This document shows, in pieces, positions 1-7,226 of a stretch of 32,000 bases of DNA; positions within the stretch are counted from its first letter, which is position 1; the number at the start of each line of letters is the position of its first letter. This stretch comes from Allobaculum fili (GTDB lineage: Bacteria; Bacillota_I; Bacilli_A; Erysipelotrichales; Erysipelotrichaceae): positions 60,001 through 92,000 of the forward strand of contig NZ_JAHDSX010000001.1 in assembly GCF_020969955.1 (NCBI RefSeq). The letters run 5' to 3'. The notes beneath the pieces were generated by a model. That model saw nothing but the letters and a program-made list of their open reading frames with translations. It was not told the origin of the DNA and did not search any database. The position numbers were made by a program, and so were the translations under genes.

Positions 1-258
1 CCGTCCATTACGATCTGTGTCTTCCTGACACTGACCAACTCGCTGAAACTGTTCGACCAGAACCTGGCTCTGACCAACGGCGATCCAAACCATTTAACCG
101 AAATGCTCGCGCTGAACATTTACCGCACCTTCTACGGCCGTTCCGGCCCGCAGTGGAAAGGTATCGGCCAGGCTAAGTCGGTTATCTTCTCGATTGCTGT
201 TATTCTGATCGGCTTCTGGCAGCTGAAAGCCACAAGAAGCAAGGAGGTACAGGCATGA
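1..258 (+). CDS. ABC carbohydrate transporter permease, C-terminal fragment (MalF/UgpA-type; 5' end lies outside the window)
   Basis: Frame +1 is open from base 1 to TGA at 256-258. The translation (..LTNSLKLFDQNLALTNGDPNHLTEMLALNIYRTFYGRSGPQWKGIGQAKSVIFSIAVILIGFWQL..) looks like the region after the EAA loop plus the last TM helix of binding-protein-dependent sugar permeases. Its stop overlaps the next permease start (ATGA, 255-258). Confidence 0.8.
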   Translation, partial: PSITICVFLTLTNSLKLFDQNLALTNGDPNHLTEMLALNIYRTFYGRSGPQWKGIGQAKSVIFSIAVILIGFWQLKATRSKEVQA

Positions 259-1106
259 GTGACGCAAAACGTAAAAGTTCCGCAAAAGAGGTCTGCCTCT
301 TTATTCTCATGGTCGTACTGGCCGTTCTGTGGATTTACCCGGTTTTCATGATTCTCGTCAACTCTCTGAAAGTGGAGAGTGCCATTACGACAAGCAGCGT
401 CTTTGACCTGCCGAACGCCGCGCAGTTTGCGGGCTTCGCCAACTATTCCGAAGCAATCAATTCGCAGGGATTCCTCGTTTCGCTTGGCTATTCCACGCTG
501 ATTACCATCACCTCGGTTCTCGCAATTATTATCTGCTGTTCGATGTGTGCCTGGTATATCACCCGCGTTCATACCAAGTTCAACAACTTCCTGTACTACC
601 TGTTCGTATTCTCGATGGTTGTACCGTTTCAGATGGTTATGTTCACCCTTTCGCAGACGGCGGACATGCTCAAACTGAACAACCCGTTCAACATCTGGGT
701 CATCTATCTTGGCTTTGGTGCCGGTCTGGCGGTCTTCATGTTCGCCGGCTTCGTAAAATCCATTCCGGTGGAAATTGAAGAAGCGGCCATGATCGACGGC
801 TGTACCCCGCTCCAGACGTTCTTCAAAGTCGTTATGCCGATTCTGAAACCGACGATGGTTTCCGTTACGATTCTGCAGGCGATGTGGATCTGGAACGACT
901 ACCTTCTGCCGACTCTGGTTCTGGATATCACGAAATACAAAACCATCCCGATGCTGATTCAGTACTTCCGCGGAAGCTACGGAAAAGTATCGATGGGTCC
1001 GATGATGGCCTCCATCATCATGACGATCATCCCGATTATCATCGTTTACATTCTTGGTCAGAAACACATCATCAAGGGTGTAGCCGCCGGTGCCGTCAAA
1101 GGCTAA
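255..1106 (+). CDS. ABC carbohydrate transporter permease (MalG/UgpE-type, 283 aa)
   Basis: AAGGAGG lies 7 nt upstream of the ATG at 255. The hydrophobic profile suggests six TM segments. The EAA-loop motif EEAAMIDGCTPLQTFFKVVMPILKP is present. The gene is translationally coupled to the upstream permease. Confidence 0.9.
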   Translation: MSDAKRKSSAKEVCLFILMVVLAVLWIYPVFMILVNSLKVESAITTSSVFDLPNAAQFAGFANYSEAINSQGFLVSLGYSTLITITSVLAIIICCSMCAWYITRVHTKFNNFLYYLFVFSMVVPFQMVMFTLSQTADMLKLNNPFNIWVIYLGFGAGLAVFMFAGFVKSIPVEIEEAAMIDGCTPLQTFFKVVMPILKPTMVSVTILQAMWIWNDYLLPTLVLDITKYKTIPMLIQYFRGSYGKVSMGPMMASIIMTIIPIIIVYILGQKHIIKGVAAGAVKG

Positions 1107-2268
1107 AGCGACCGTCAAAGATCTCGCCCGTCTTTCCGGCTGGTCTTTAGGCACAGTCTCCCGGGTGCTCAACCGCGCTCCGGGCGTCAGTGAAAAGGCC
1201 GTCGCGGATGTAGAAAGAGCGATTGCCGTCAGCGGCTTTGTTCGCAATGACCGGGCTTCGGCCCTGCGCCGCAAGGAAAAATCCGGCGTTCTCATTCTGG
1301 TGCACAGCCAGCCGTTCCCGTATTATCAGACGCTCGCTGAGCGTGTGAAAAGCCGGCTGGAAGGCCATAAGGAAATGGAACGCAAGCCCCTGACTCTGAT
1401 GGAGCTTTCCGCACAGGCAGGGGAAGATGAAATTCTTACGCGCATCGAGCAGACCAGCTGCGAATTGGTCATTGTGATCGGTGCCTCTCGACAGATGCTG
1501 ATGCATATTCATGGCCGGATTAAAATTCCGGCCATTTATTTCAGCGGGGATCTTTCCTCTCTGGACGCCAGCAGAACCGCCTGCTTCTTTTTGCCGATTA
1601 CCGAAATCGCCCAGCAGTGCACGGAGCTTCTTTTCGAAAACGGATGCCGCAGGATCGGCATTTTGTACGCCGACCGCGAAAATTCGATCGAAAGCGCGGA
1701 TTTCATTCTCGGTGTGCAGTACGCCTTCTATTCACGGAATCAGGTCTTTTCCCTGCAAAAGCAGGGCGTCTGCTGCACGTGTTCGAAAAATGCGGGCTAT
1801 GCCGGCCTGAAAGAACTCGTCTGGCAGATGCCGGATCTGGACGGCCTGCTCGTTTTTGAAGAAAACATGGCGCTTGGCGCGCTTCGCGCCGCGCAGGATC
1901 TTGGCTATGTTCCAGGAGAAAAGCTGAAGGTGATCACCCTGGCGCAGAGCGATCTTTGCGACTATGCCTGTCCAAGGCTTAGCGCGGCAAGACGGGATCT
2001 GGAGACGGAGGCGGGACAGCTTTCAAAAACGGCATTGAAAATGTTAGGATTTTTCCGGACCGACAGAGACTGCCATATTCCCGTCTCCTGGAGCATGTCC
2101 TTTGCGCCAAGCTGTCCAAAGCCGGGCGCAGACGGGATCCCGGTTTTTCCAAATGAAGATTCTGTTCCTCCGGAAAACGCTCAAAAAGACGAATCGAAGA
2201 CAGACCAGTCTGAGAATGACGAATCTCAGAAAGATCAATCGGAAAAAGAAGAATACGCGGGATCGTGA
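1090..2268 (+). CDS. LacI-family transcriptional regulator with an unusual acidic low-complexity C-terminal tail (392 aa)
   Basis: GTG start overlaps the permease stop by 17 nt. The N-terminal HTH ATVKDLARLSGWSLGTVSRVLN is a typical LacI/GalR signature and is followed by a periplasmic-binding-protein-like sugar-binding core. The last ~55 aa (..PNEDSVPPENAQKDESKTDQSENDESQKDQSEKEEYAGS) are not part of the normal fold. Confidence 0.85.
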   Translation: MPSKAKATVKDLARLSGWSLGTVSRVLNRAPGVSEKAVADVERAIAVSGFVRNDRASALRRKEKSGVLILVHSQPFPYYQTLAERVKSRLEGHKEMERKPLTLMELSAQAGEDEILTRIEQTSCELVIVIGASRQMLMHIHGRIKIPAIYFSGDLSSLDASRTACFFLPITEIAQQCTELLFENGCRRIGILYADRENSIESADFILGVQYAFYSRNQVFSLQKQGVCCTCSKNAGYAGLKELVWQMPDLDGLLVFEENMALGALRAAQDLGYVPGEKLKVITLAQSDLCDYACPRLSAARRDLETEAGQLSKTALKMLGFFRTDRDCHIPVSWSMSFAPSCPKPGADGIPVFPNEDSVPPENAQKDESKTDQSENDESQKDQSEKEEYAGS

Positions 2269-2406
2269 CGAAACGCTTTTGGAAAGGCTCCAGGAAAAGC
2301 TTCAGACCTATTGATACAATCCCAGAAATCCCCCTCTGAACGGGGATGGGACAGTCTTTGAAACGGAATGGAATAGAGCTTATACAAGCTTTAGAAAGAG
2401 TGAACT

Positions 2407-3963
2407 ATGCGAAAAAATGGAATCCTTCTTCACATTTCCAGTCTTCCTTCTCCTTATGGAATCGGAACGCTGGGCAAAGAAGCCTATGACTTCGTCGATT
2501 TCCTGAAACGCAGCGGACAGTCCGTCTGGCAGGTACTCCCCCTGTGCCCGACCGGCTACGGCGATTCTCCCTACGCTTCCTACTCGACGTTTGCGGGCAA
2601 CCCCTATTTCATCGATCTGGATCTGCTCGCTAAAGACGGCCTGCTCAATGAAGAAGACTACAAATATATCGACTGGGGCGAAAAAGCCGATCAGGTCGAT
2701 TTTGGAAAGATGTACAACAACCGTTATCCGGTTCTGGCCAAAGCGGTCAATCGCTTCCTGGAAAATCCGGATGCCGAGTATGAGACGTTCTGCAAGAAGA
2801 ACGCCCACTGGCTCGATGACTACGCGCTGTTCATGGCGTTAAAAGATGCCAACGAAGGCAAGGCGTGGCTCGACTGGGACGAAGAACATCGTCTTTACGA
2901 TGCGAAAAAGACTGCGAAATGGGCGCAGGAAAACAAGGATCGCATGGACTACTACAAAGTCATGCAGTATCTGTTTTTCAAGCAGTGGGACGCGCTGCGC
3001 GCCTATGCGAACGAAAACGGGGTAGAAATTCTCGGCGACCTGCCGATTTATGTCGCGCTCGATTCCGTAGACGCCTGGAGCCATCCGGAACTGTTCCTGC
3101 TCGACAAGGACGGCCGTCCAAGCGCCGTTGCCGGCTGCCCGCCTGACGGATTTTCCGCGGACGGCCAGCTCTGGGGCAACCCGCTCTACGACTGGGACTA
3201 CCATAAGAAAACCGGCTACGACTGGTGGATTCGCCGGATCGATCATCTGACCAAAGTCTTTGATATTCTGCGCATCGACCACTTCCGCGGCTTTGATTCG
3301 TTCTATGCCATTCCTTACGGCGCCAAAACTGCCAAGAAAGGCGAATGGCTCAAAGGGCCGGGCATCGATCTGTTCAAGGTCATGGAAAAGAAAATCGGCA
3401 AGCGCAACATCGTTGCCGAAGACCTGGGCTTCCTTACAGACTCCGTTAAGGAAATGCTGGCAGAATCCGGTTTCCCGGGCATGAAGATTCTCGAGTTCGC
3501 GTTTGATTCCCGCGACGACTCCGGATCGGAATACCTGCCGTACAATTATCCGAAAAACTCCATTGCCTATGCGGGAACGCACGACAATGAAACGATCCAG
3601 GGCTGGTTCCATTCGATTTCGCCGGAAGACAAAAAGTACGCCTGTGATTTCATGGATGCCTACAACCCGGATGAATACAACTGGGAAATGATGCGCACCG
3701 TCATCGCTTCGCCAAGCGATACCTCCATTCTGCAGGCGCAGGATCTGCTCAACCTTGACTCTTCCGCGCGCATGAACACCCCGGGCAAGCCTTCCGGCAA
3801 CTGGACCTGGCGTCTGACACCGGGCTGGCTGACTGACGATATCGAAGGCGCCCTGACCTGGCTGACCAAACTGTACGGCCGTGCGCCAAAGCCGAAAAAA
3901 GAAGAAGCCGAAACAACGGAAAGCAGCGAAACCTCTGCTGAAGCCGAACAGGCCTTCGCTTAA
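2407..3963 (+). CDS. malQ: 4-alpha-glucanotransferase (amylomaltase, GH77), 518 aa
   Basis: N-terminus GILLHISSLPSPYGIGTLG. Catalytic-region motifs LRIDHFRGF, VAEDLG and GTHDN are present. Length and motif order match GH77 MalQ. It carries a short KPKKEEAETTESSETSAEAEQ tail. Confidence 0.93.
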   Translation: MRKNGILLHISSLPSPYGIGTLGKEAYDFVDFLKRSGQSVWQVLPLCPTGYGDSPYASYSTFAGNPYFIDLDLLAKDGLLNEEDYKYIDWGEKADQVDFGKMYNNRYPVLAKAVNRFLENPDAEYETFCKKNAHWLDDYALFMALKDANEGKAWLDWDEEHRLYDAKKTAKWAQENKDRMDYYKVMQYLFFKQWDALRAYANENGVEILGDLPIYVALDSVDAWSHPELFLLDKDGRPSAVAGCPPDGFSADGQLWGNPLYDWDYHKKTGYDWWIRRIDHLTKVFDILRIDHFRGFDSFYAIPYGAKTAKKGEWLKGPGIDLFKVMEKKIGKRNIVAEDLGFLTDSVKEMLAESGFPGMKILEFAFDSRDDSGSEYLPYNYPKNSIAYAGTHDNETIQGWFHSISPEDKKYACDFMDAYNPDEYNWEMMRTVIASPSDTSILQAQDLLNLDSSARMNTPGKPSGNWTWRLTPGWLTDDIEGALTWLTKLYGRAPKPKKEEAETTESSETSAEAEQAFA

Positions 3964-4142
3964 ACCGATCGAAATTCTGTCCATAGCCGAAAAAAAGGAT
4001 GAAAAATTCTTGGAAAATTCATCTGGAAGGAACGGTAAAAAAGGCAGGAAATTACGGACAGACCGTTTGCGCTGGCTTATCGAAAAAGCGGGATTGGTCA
4101 AGAAATAAGCTTTATCGCATTTGATTTTTATCCAAAAAAGAT

Positions 4143-4187
4143 AACTTCCGGACAGCTCCTGCGGGCTTTCGTCCGGAAGTTTTTTAA
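4143..4187 (+). terminator. Rho-independent terminator downstream of malQ
   Basis: Perfect 11-bp stem: AACTTCCGGAC (4143-4153) pairs with GTCCGGAAGTT (4171-4181). It runs into TTTTTTAATTTT. Confidence 0.8.
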
Positions 4188-4301
4188 TTTTCAGAAAATT
4201 TTCAGCGGTTCGCAGGCACTGTTGTGTTGTCTGAATTTCAAGAACATGAAAGAATAGGATAGATTGAATATGTTCAGCCCAAGAAGGGCATGGAGAAAAG
4301 A

Positions 4302-6062
4302 ATGAACGATACAGTTTCGATGATTCTCGGCCTGCTGACTGGCGTAGCTCTCTTTCTGTTTGGAATGAGTTCCATGTCGGACGGCCTGAAGAAGGTTGCC
4401 GGTAACAAAATGGAAATGATCCTCTACCGGCTGACGAACTCCCCCCTGAAAGGTTTTCTGCTCGGAACAGCAGTAACCTGCGTGATTCAGTCTTCATCCG
4501 CTGCGACCGTGATGGTCATTGGCTTTGTCAATTCCGGAATGATGAAGGTCACACAGGCGATCGGCGTAATCCTTGGCGCCAACATTGGCACCAGTATTAC
4601 CGGATGGATCGTCTGCATGTCCTTTCTCGACGGAGCCGGATGGGCTTCCTACTTTTCCTCGACAACAATTACCGCCGTCATGGCGATTGCAGGCATGCTC
4701 CTGCAGATGTTTTCCAAAAAAGACACGACGAAATCTTTCGGCAACATTCTGCTCGGCTTTGCGGTTCTCATGACCGGCATGAGCATGATGTCCGGTGCGG
4801 TTGCGCCTTTGAAAACCGACCCGACGTTCATCAATGCGATGGCCACGCTCAATAACCCCATGATCGCCCTGCTGTTCGGTATCCTGGCTGCTGCGGTTCT
4901 GCAGTCGTCCTCGGCTGCCGTCGGCGTTGTGCAGTCGTTAAGCGTTACCGGCGCGCTGACGTTCCAGTCGACGTTCCCGCTCGTAATGGGCATCGGCATC
5001 GGCGCGTCCTGTCCTGTACTTCTGGCTGCCGTAGGCGCCAACAAGGACGGTGTCCGAACCTCGCTGGTTTATCTATTGACCGCGGTGCTTTCGACGCTGC
5101 TCGCCTCCGTTGTGTACTATCCGCTTGAAGCGGCCGGCATTCTGAACATGGCTTCAGATGTCATGAACCCGTTCTCGATCGCGGCGACGAATACGATTTT
5201 CCGCGCGCTGACGATGACGGCGATGCTGCCGTTTGTAAAGCAGATTAAGAAGCTCGTCTTCCTGATCGTGCCGGCAGATCCTGCGGACGAAGAAGATCTC
5301 GGCGACTTCGACAAACTGGAAGGCCGTCTTCTCGCCAACCCGGATCTCGCGTACCAGGCCGCCATGGATGTCATGGAAGGCATGGGCCGCAAGGCACGCA
5401 AAAACGTGCTGCGTGCAGTAACGCTGATCAATGACTATACGCCCGAGGGCTACCGCAAGGTTTCCGACCTCGAGCAGACACTGAATAAATACGAAGAAAA
5501 ACTCGGCAAGTATCTTGTTAAACTGACGGCTACCGGCGTTACGTATCGCGAATCGCAGAACATTTCGAAGTCGCTGCAGGCCATTGCGGACTTTGAAGCG
5601 ATCGGCGACTACGCCCTGTCCATTGCGGACATCACCAAGAGCATGAAGGAAAAGAAACAGAAATTTTCCATGCCCGCGCTCGATGAACTGAACGTCATCG
5701 CAGCGGCTGCAGAAGAAGCGGTAACGATTACGGTGGACAACTTCATGTCCAGCAACGTGGATGAGATCAAGCGCGTCTTCGCCCTTTCTCAGCTCGTTTC
5801 GCTTTCCGCTTCGCAGATTAAAAAACGCCACATCAGCCGACTGAAAGCCGGCACCTGCTCGATGGAAGCAGGCTTCCTGCAGGCGGACATTATTTCGGAT
5901 TTCCAGCGCATCGTAGACCATTGCGCGGCGATCGCTCTGGACGTGGTCAAGGAAGCGGAAAAGGACTTCTCGGTACACCGTTACCTGCGTGCCTACACCA
6001 CCGAAATGCGTCCGGATTATCAGGAAATGCTTCGTCAGTACGAAACAAAGTACTCGATCTAG
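4302..6062 (+). CDS. Na+/phosphate cotransporter family protein (NptA/YjbB-like) with a C-terminal PhoU-like domain, 586 aa
   Basis: Duplicated Na/Pi-cotransporter motifs QSSSAATVMVIGF and LQSSSAAVGVVQSL sit in a polytopic N-terminal half. The helical C-terminal half (..ALSIADITKSM.., ..RIVDHCAAIALDV..) is PhoU-like. I prefer the ATG at 4302 (GGAG 6 nt upstream) over the ORF-track ATG at 4290, whose purine tract abuts the start. Confidence 0.85.
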   Translation: MNDTVSMILGLLTGVALFLFGMSSMSDGLKKVAGNKMEMILYRLTNSPLKGFLLGTAVTCVIQSSSAATVMVIGFVNSGMMKVTQAIGVILGANIGTSITGWIVCMSFLDGAGWASYFSSTTITAVMAIAGMLLQMFSKKDTTKSFGNILLGFAVLMTGMSMMSGAVAPLKTDPTFINAMATLNNPMIALLFGILAAAVLQSSSAAVGVVQSLSVTGALTFQSTFPLVMGIGIGASCPVLLAAVGANKDGVRTSLVYLLTAVLSTLLASVVYYPLEAAGILNMASDVMNPFSIAATNTIFRALTMTAMLPFVKQIKKLVFLIVPADPADEEDLGDFDKLEGRLLANPDLAYQAAMDVMEGMGRKARKNVLRAVTLINDYTPEGYRKVSDLEQTLNKYEEKLGKYLVKLTATGVTYRESQNISKSLQAIADFEAIGDYALSIADITKSMKEKKQKFSMPALDELNVIAAAAEEAVTITVDNFMSSNVDEIKRVFALSQLVSLSASQIKKRHISRLKAGTCSMEAGFLQADIISDFQRIVDHCAAIALDVVKEAEKDFSVHRYLRAYTTEMRPDYQEMLRQYETKYSI

Positions 6063-6177
6063 TTCGCAAAATCGGCGGTACGTTTTGCAAAGTTCCTGTC
6101 TTTCTCTGCAGGCAGGATTGCATTTCCAATTCGCTTGAACCGCTCCTATGGCATTTGTTTTCCAAATTTAGAAAAAG

Positions 6178-6230
6178 CAGAACGCCCGATCTTTCCCTTA
6201 TTCTGGAACCGATCGGGCGTTCTTTGTTTT
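6178..6230 (+). terminator. Rho-independent terminator of the Na/Pi transporter gene
   Basis: Stem AGAACGCCCGATC (6179-6191) pairs with GATCGGGCGTTCT (6211-6223). It is followed by TTGTTTT. Confidence 0.8.
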
Positions 6231-6440
6231 GAGATACGGCAGATCGATGAACGCCTACGGATGCCGATGGATGTGGTGGCAAAGCTGTCTGTTCGCAGGA
6301 CAGGCGGAATATGCGAGCAATGAGCCGGCTGTATACGGCTGTATGAGCAGAACGTTCAAACTGTCCGCATACAAACCGTCCTGCGCGCTAAGCTGACCTT
6401 TGCGTGATGCAAATCCAGAACCTTAAGCTTCATACAGACA

Positions 6441-6490
6441 AAAAATAAAAGGCCTCTGTTCGCGCAGGAATCGCGCCCTGACAGAGGCCT
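6441..6490 (-). terminator. Rho-independent terminator of the minus-strand membrane-protein gene
   Basis: 10-bp stem: AGGCCTCTGT (6451-6460) pairs with ACAGAGGCCT (6481-6490). On the minus strand the hairpin is followed by TTTTATTTTTT (complement of 6441-6450). It lies 33 nt past the stop at 6523. Confidence 0.8.
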
Positions 6491-6522
6491 GTCGTGCAAT
6501 GGGAAAAGGATCGGGCAGCCGC

Positions 6523-7044
6523 TTATTTTTGCTTCTTGCTGCGGCGTGCGTTTCGCCATTCTTCTTTCTGCTTGAGGATTTCCTGTTCCTGACGACGGGA
6601 AATCATGTACTTTTCCTTTTTGCCGGAAAGTTCATACTGCTTGCCGTAGGCGGGAAGTTCCTTGATGGAAGAATAGGGGATTTCTTCGGTTTTGTAGAAG
6701 ATGCCCTGGCGATAGAAAACCATACGTCCGGCGTTCCAGCGGGAAACCGCCTTGCCGGCACAGAAAATGGCGATGCCGATAAAGCAGAGCGTTTCGGGCG
6801 CGAACTGCGTCGAGCCGGCCAGGGTGGACGCCTGCGTAGCGAAGGAGAGGGAAACGAAGGCCAGAATGATGTCGATCCAGATCCAGCCCTGATCGAATGT
6901 GGCCAGAACGGAACCTTCGTGAAGCTTTCGAAACTGCTTCTGTGCTGTCATCGAATCCCGAAGCGACACGACATTTTTGTAAAGGAAATAGACGGCCAGA
7001 ATGCACAGGGCGAAGCCGAGAAACCAGATTGCGTAAAAGGCCAT
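6523..7044 (-). CDS. Small integral membrane protein of unknown function (173 aa; about 3 TM helices plus a charged soluble C-terminal domain)
   Basis: AAAGGAG lies 8 nt upstream of the ATG at 7044 (MAFYAIWFLGFALCILAVYFLY..), so I trimmed the track ORF (start 7074). Hydrophobic helices are followed by ..GIFYKTEEIPYSSIKELPAYGKQYELSGKK.. and a lysine-rich end. It has its own terminator. I recognise no family. Confidence 0.6.
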   Translation of the reverse strand: MAFYAIWFLGFALCILAVYFLYKNVVSLRDSMTAQKQFRKLHEGSVLATFDQGWIWIDIILAFVSLSFATQASTLAGSTQFAPETLCFIGIAIFCAGKAVSRWNAGRMVFYRQGIFYKTEEIPYSSIKELPAYGKQYELSGKKEKYMISRRQEQEILKQKEEWRNARRSKKQK

Positions 7045-7226
7045 ATGTACAGCTCCTTTCAGAACGCTTGACAACTATTTTACCATTTTCCCTGCTGCTA
7101 AATAAACTGTCTGTTCGCGAATAAACTGAAAACGCTTTGAAAAAGGAAGTATCTCTTTTTGATTCGTCTAAAATGCTTTTCAACGGTCGGGTTTGTATCA
7201 TACAGGCAGGAGGTAATTCAAGACCT

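Noticed and set aside
132-1295. 387-aa ORF on the minus strand
   Set aside because: It is fully antisense to the well-supported MalG-type permease and LacI genes. Its R/H/N/D-rich composition matches no motif and it has no RBS. This is a typical shadow ORF of a moderately GC-rich coding region.
2360-2395. AGCTTATACAAGCT near-palindrome upstream of malQ as a MalR/LacI operator
   Set aside because: Only 12 of 14 positions are symmetric, and it does not resemble the usual TGxAAxCGxTTxCA-type LacI-family half-sites. This is too weak to annotate.
3999-4124. 41-aa small ORF (MKNSWKIHLEGTVKKAGNYGQTVCAGLSKKRDWSRNKLYRI) between malQ and its terminator; also the 75-aa ORF at 3881-4108
   Set aside because: For the 41-aa ORF the purine tract abuts the ATG with no spacer, and it has no recognisable features. 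The 75-aa ORF overlaps the malQ tail out of frame. Neither can be supported without ribosome profiling.
2839-4497. 552-aa ORF on the minus strand
   Set aside because: It is antisense to malQ, whose GH77 motifs are unambiguous on the plus strand. It also runs across the malQ terminator and into the next gene. The translation is R/F/G/V-rich noise.
6499-7071. 190-aa plus-strand ORF overlapping the small membrane-protein gene
   Set aside because: The minus-strand frame has a proper AAAGGAG-ATG start, clear TM helices and a correctly oriented terminator at 6441-6490. The plus-strand frame has none of these and is G/R/E-rich.
7137-7226. N-terminal extensions proposed by the ORF track (glgP from 7137; likewise 9772-9909 for the giant gene, 7045-7074 for the membrane protein and 28250-28366 for wzx)
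   Set aside because: The extensions lack ribosome-binding sites. They also add non-homologous residues ahead of conserved N-termini, or lie inside the preceding gene. Internal ATGs with GGAG-type RBSs fit better.
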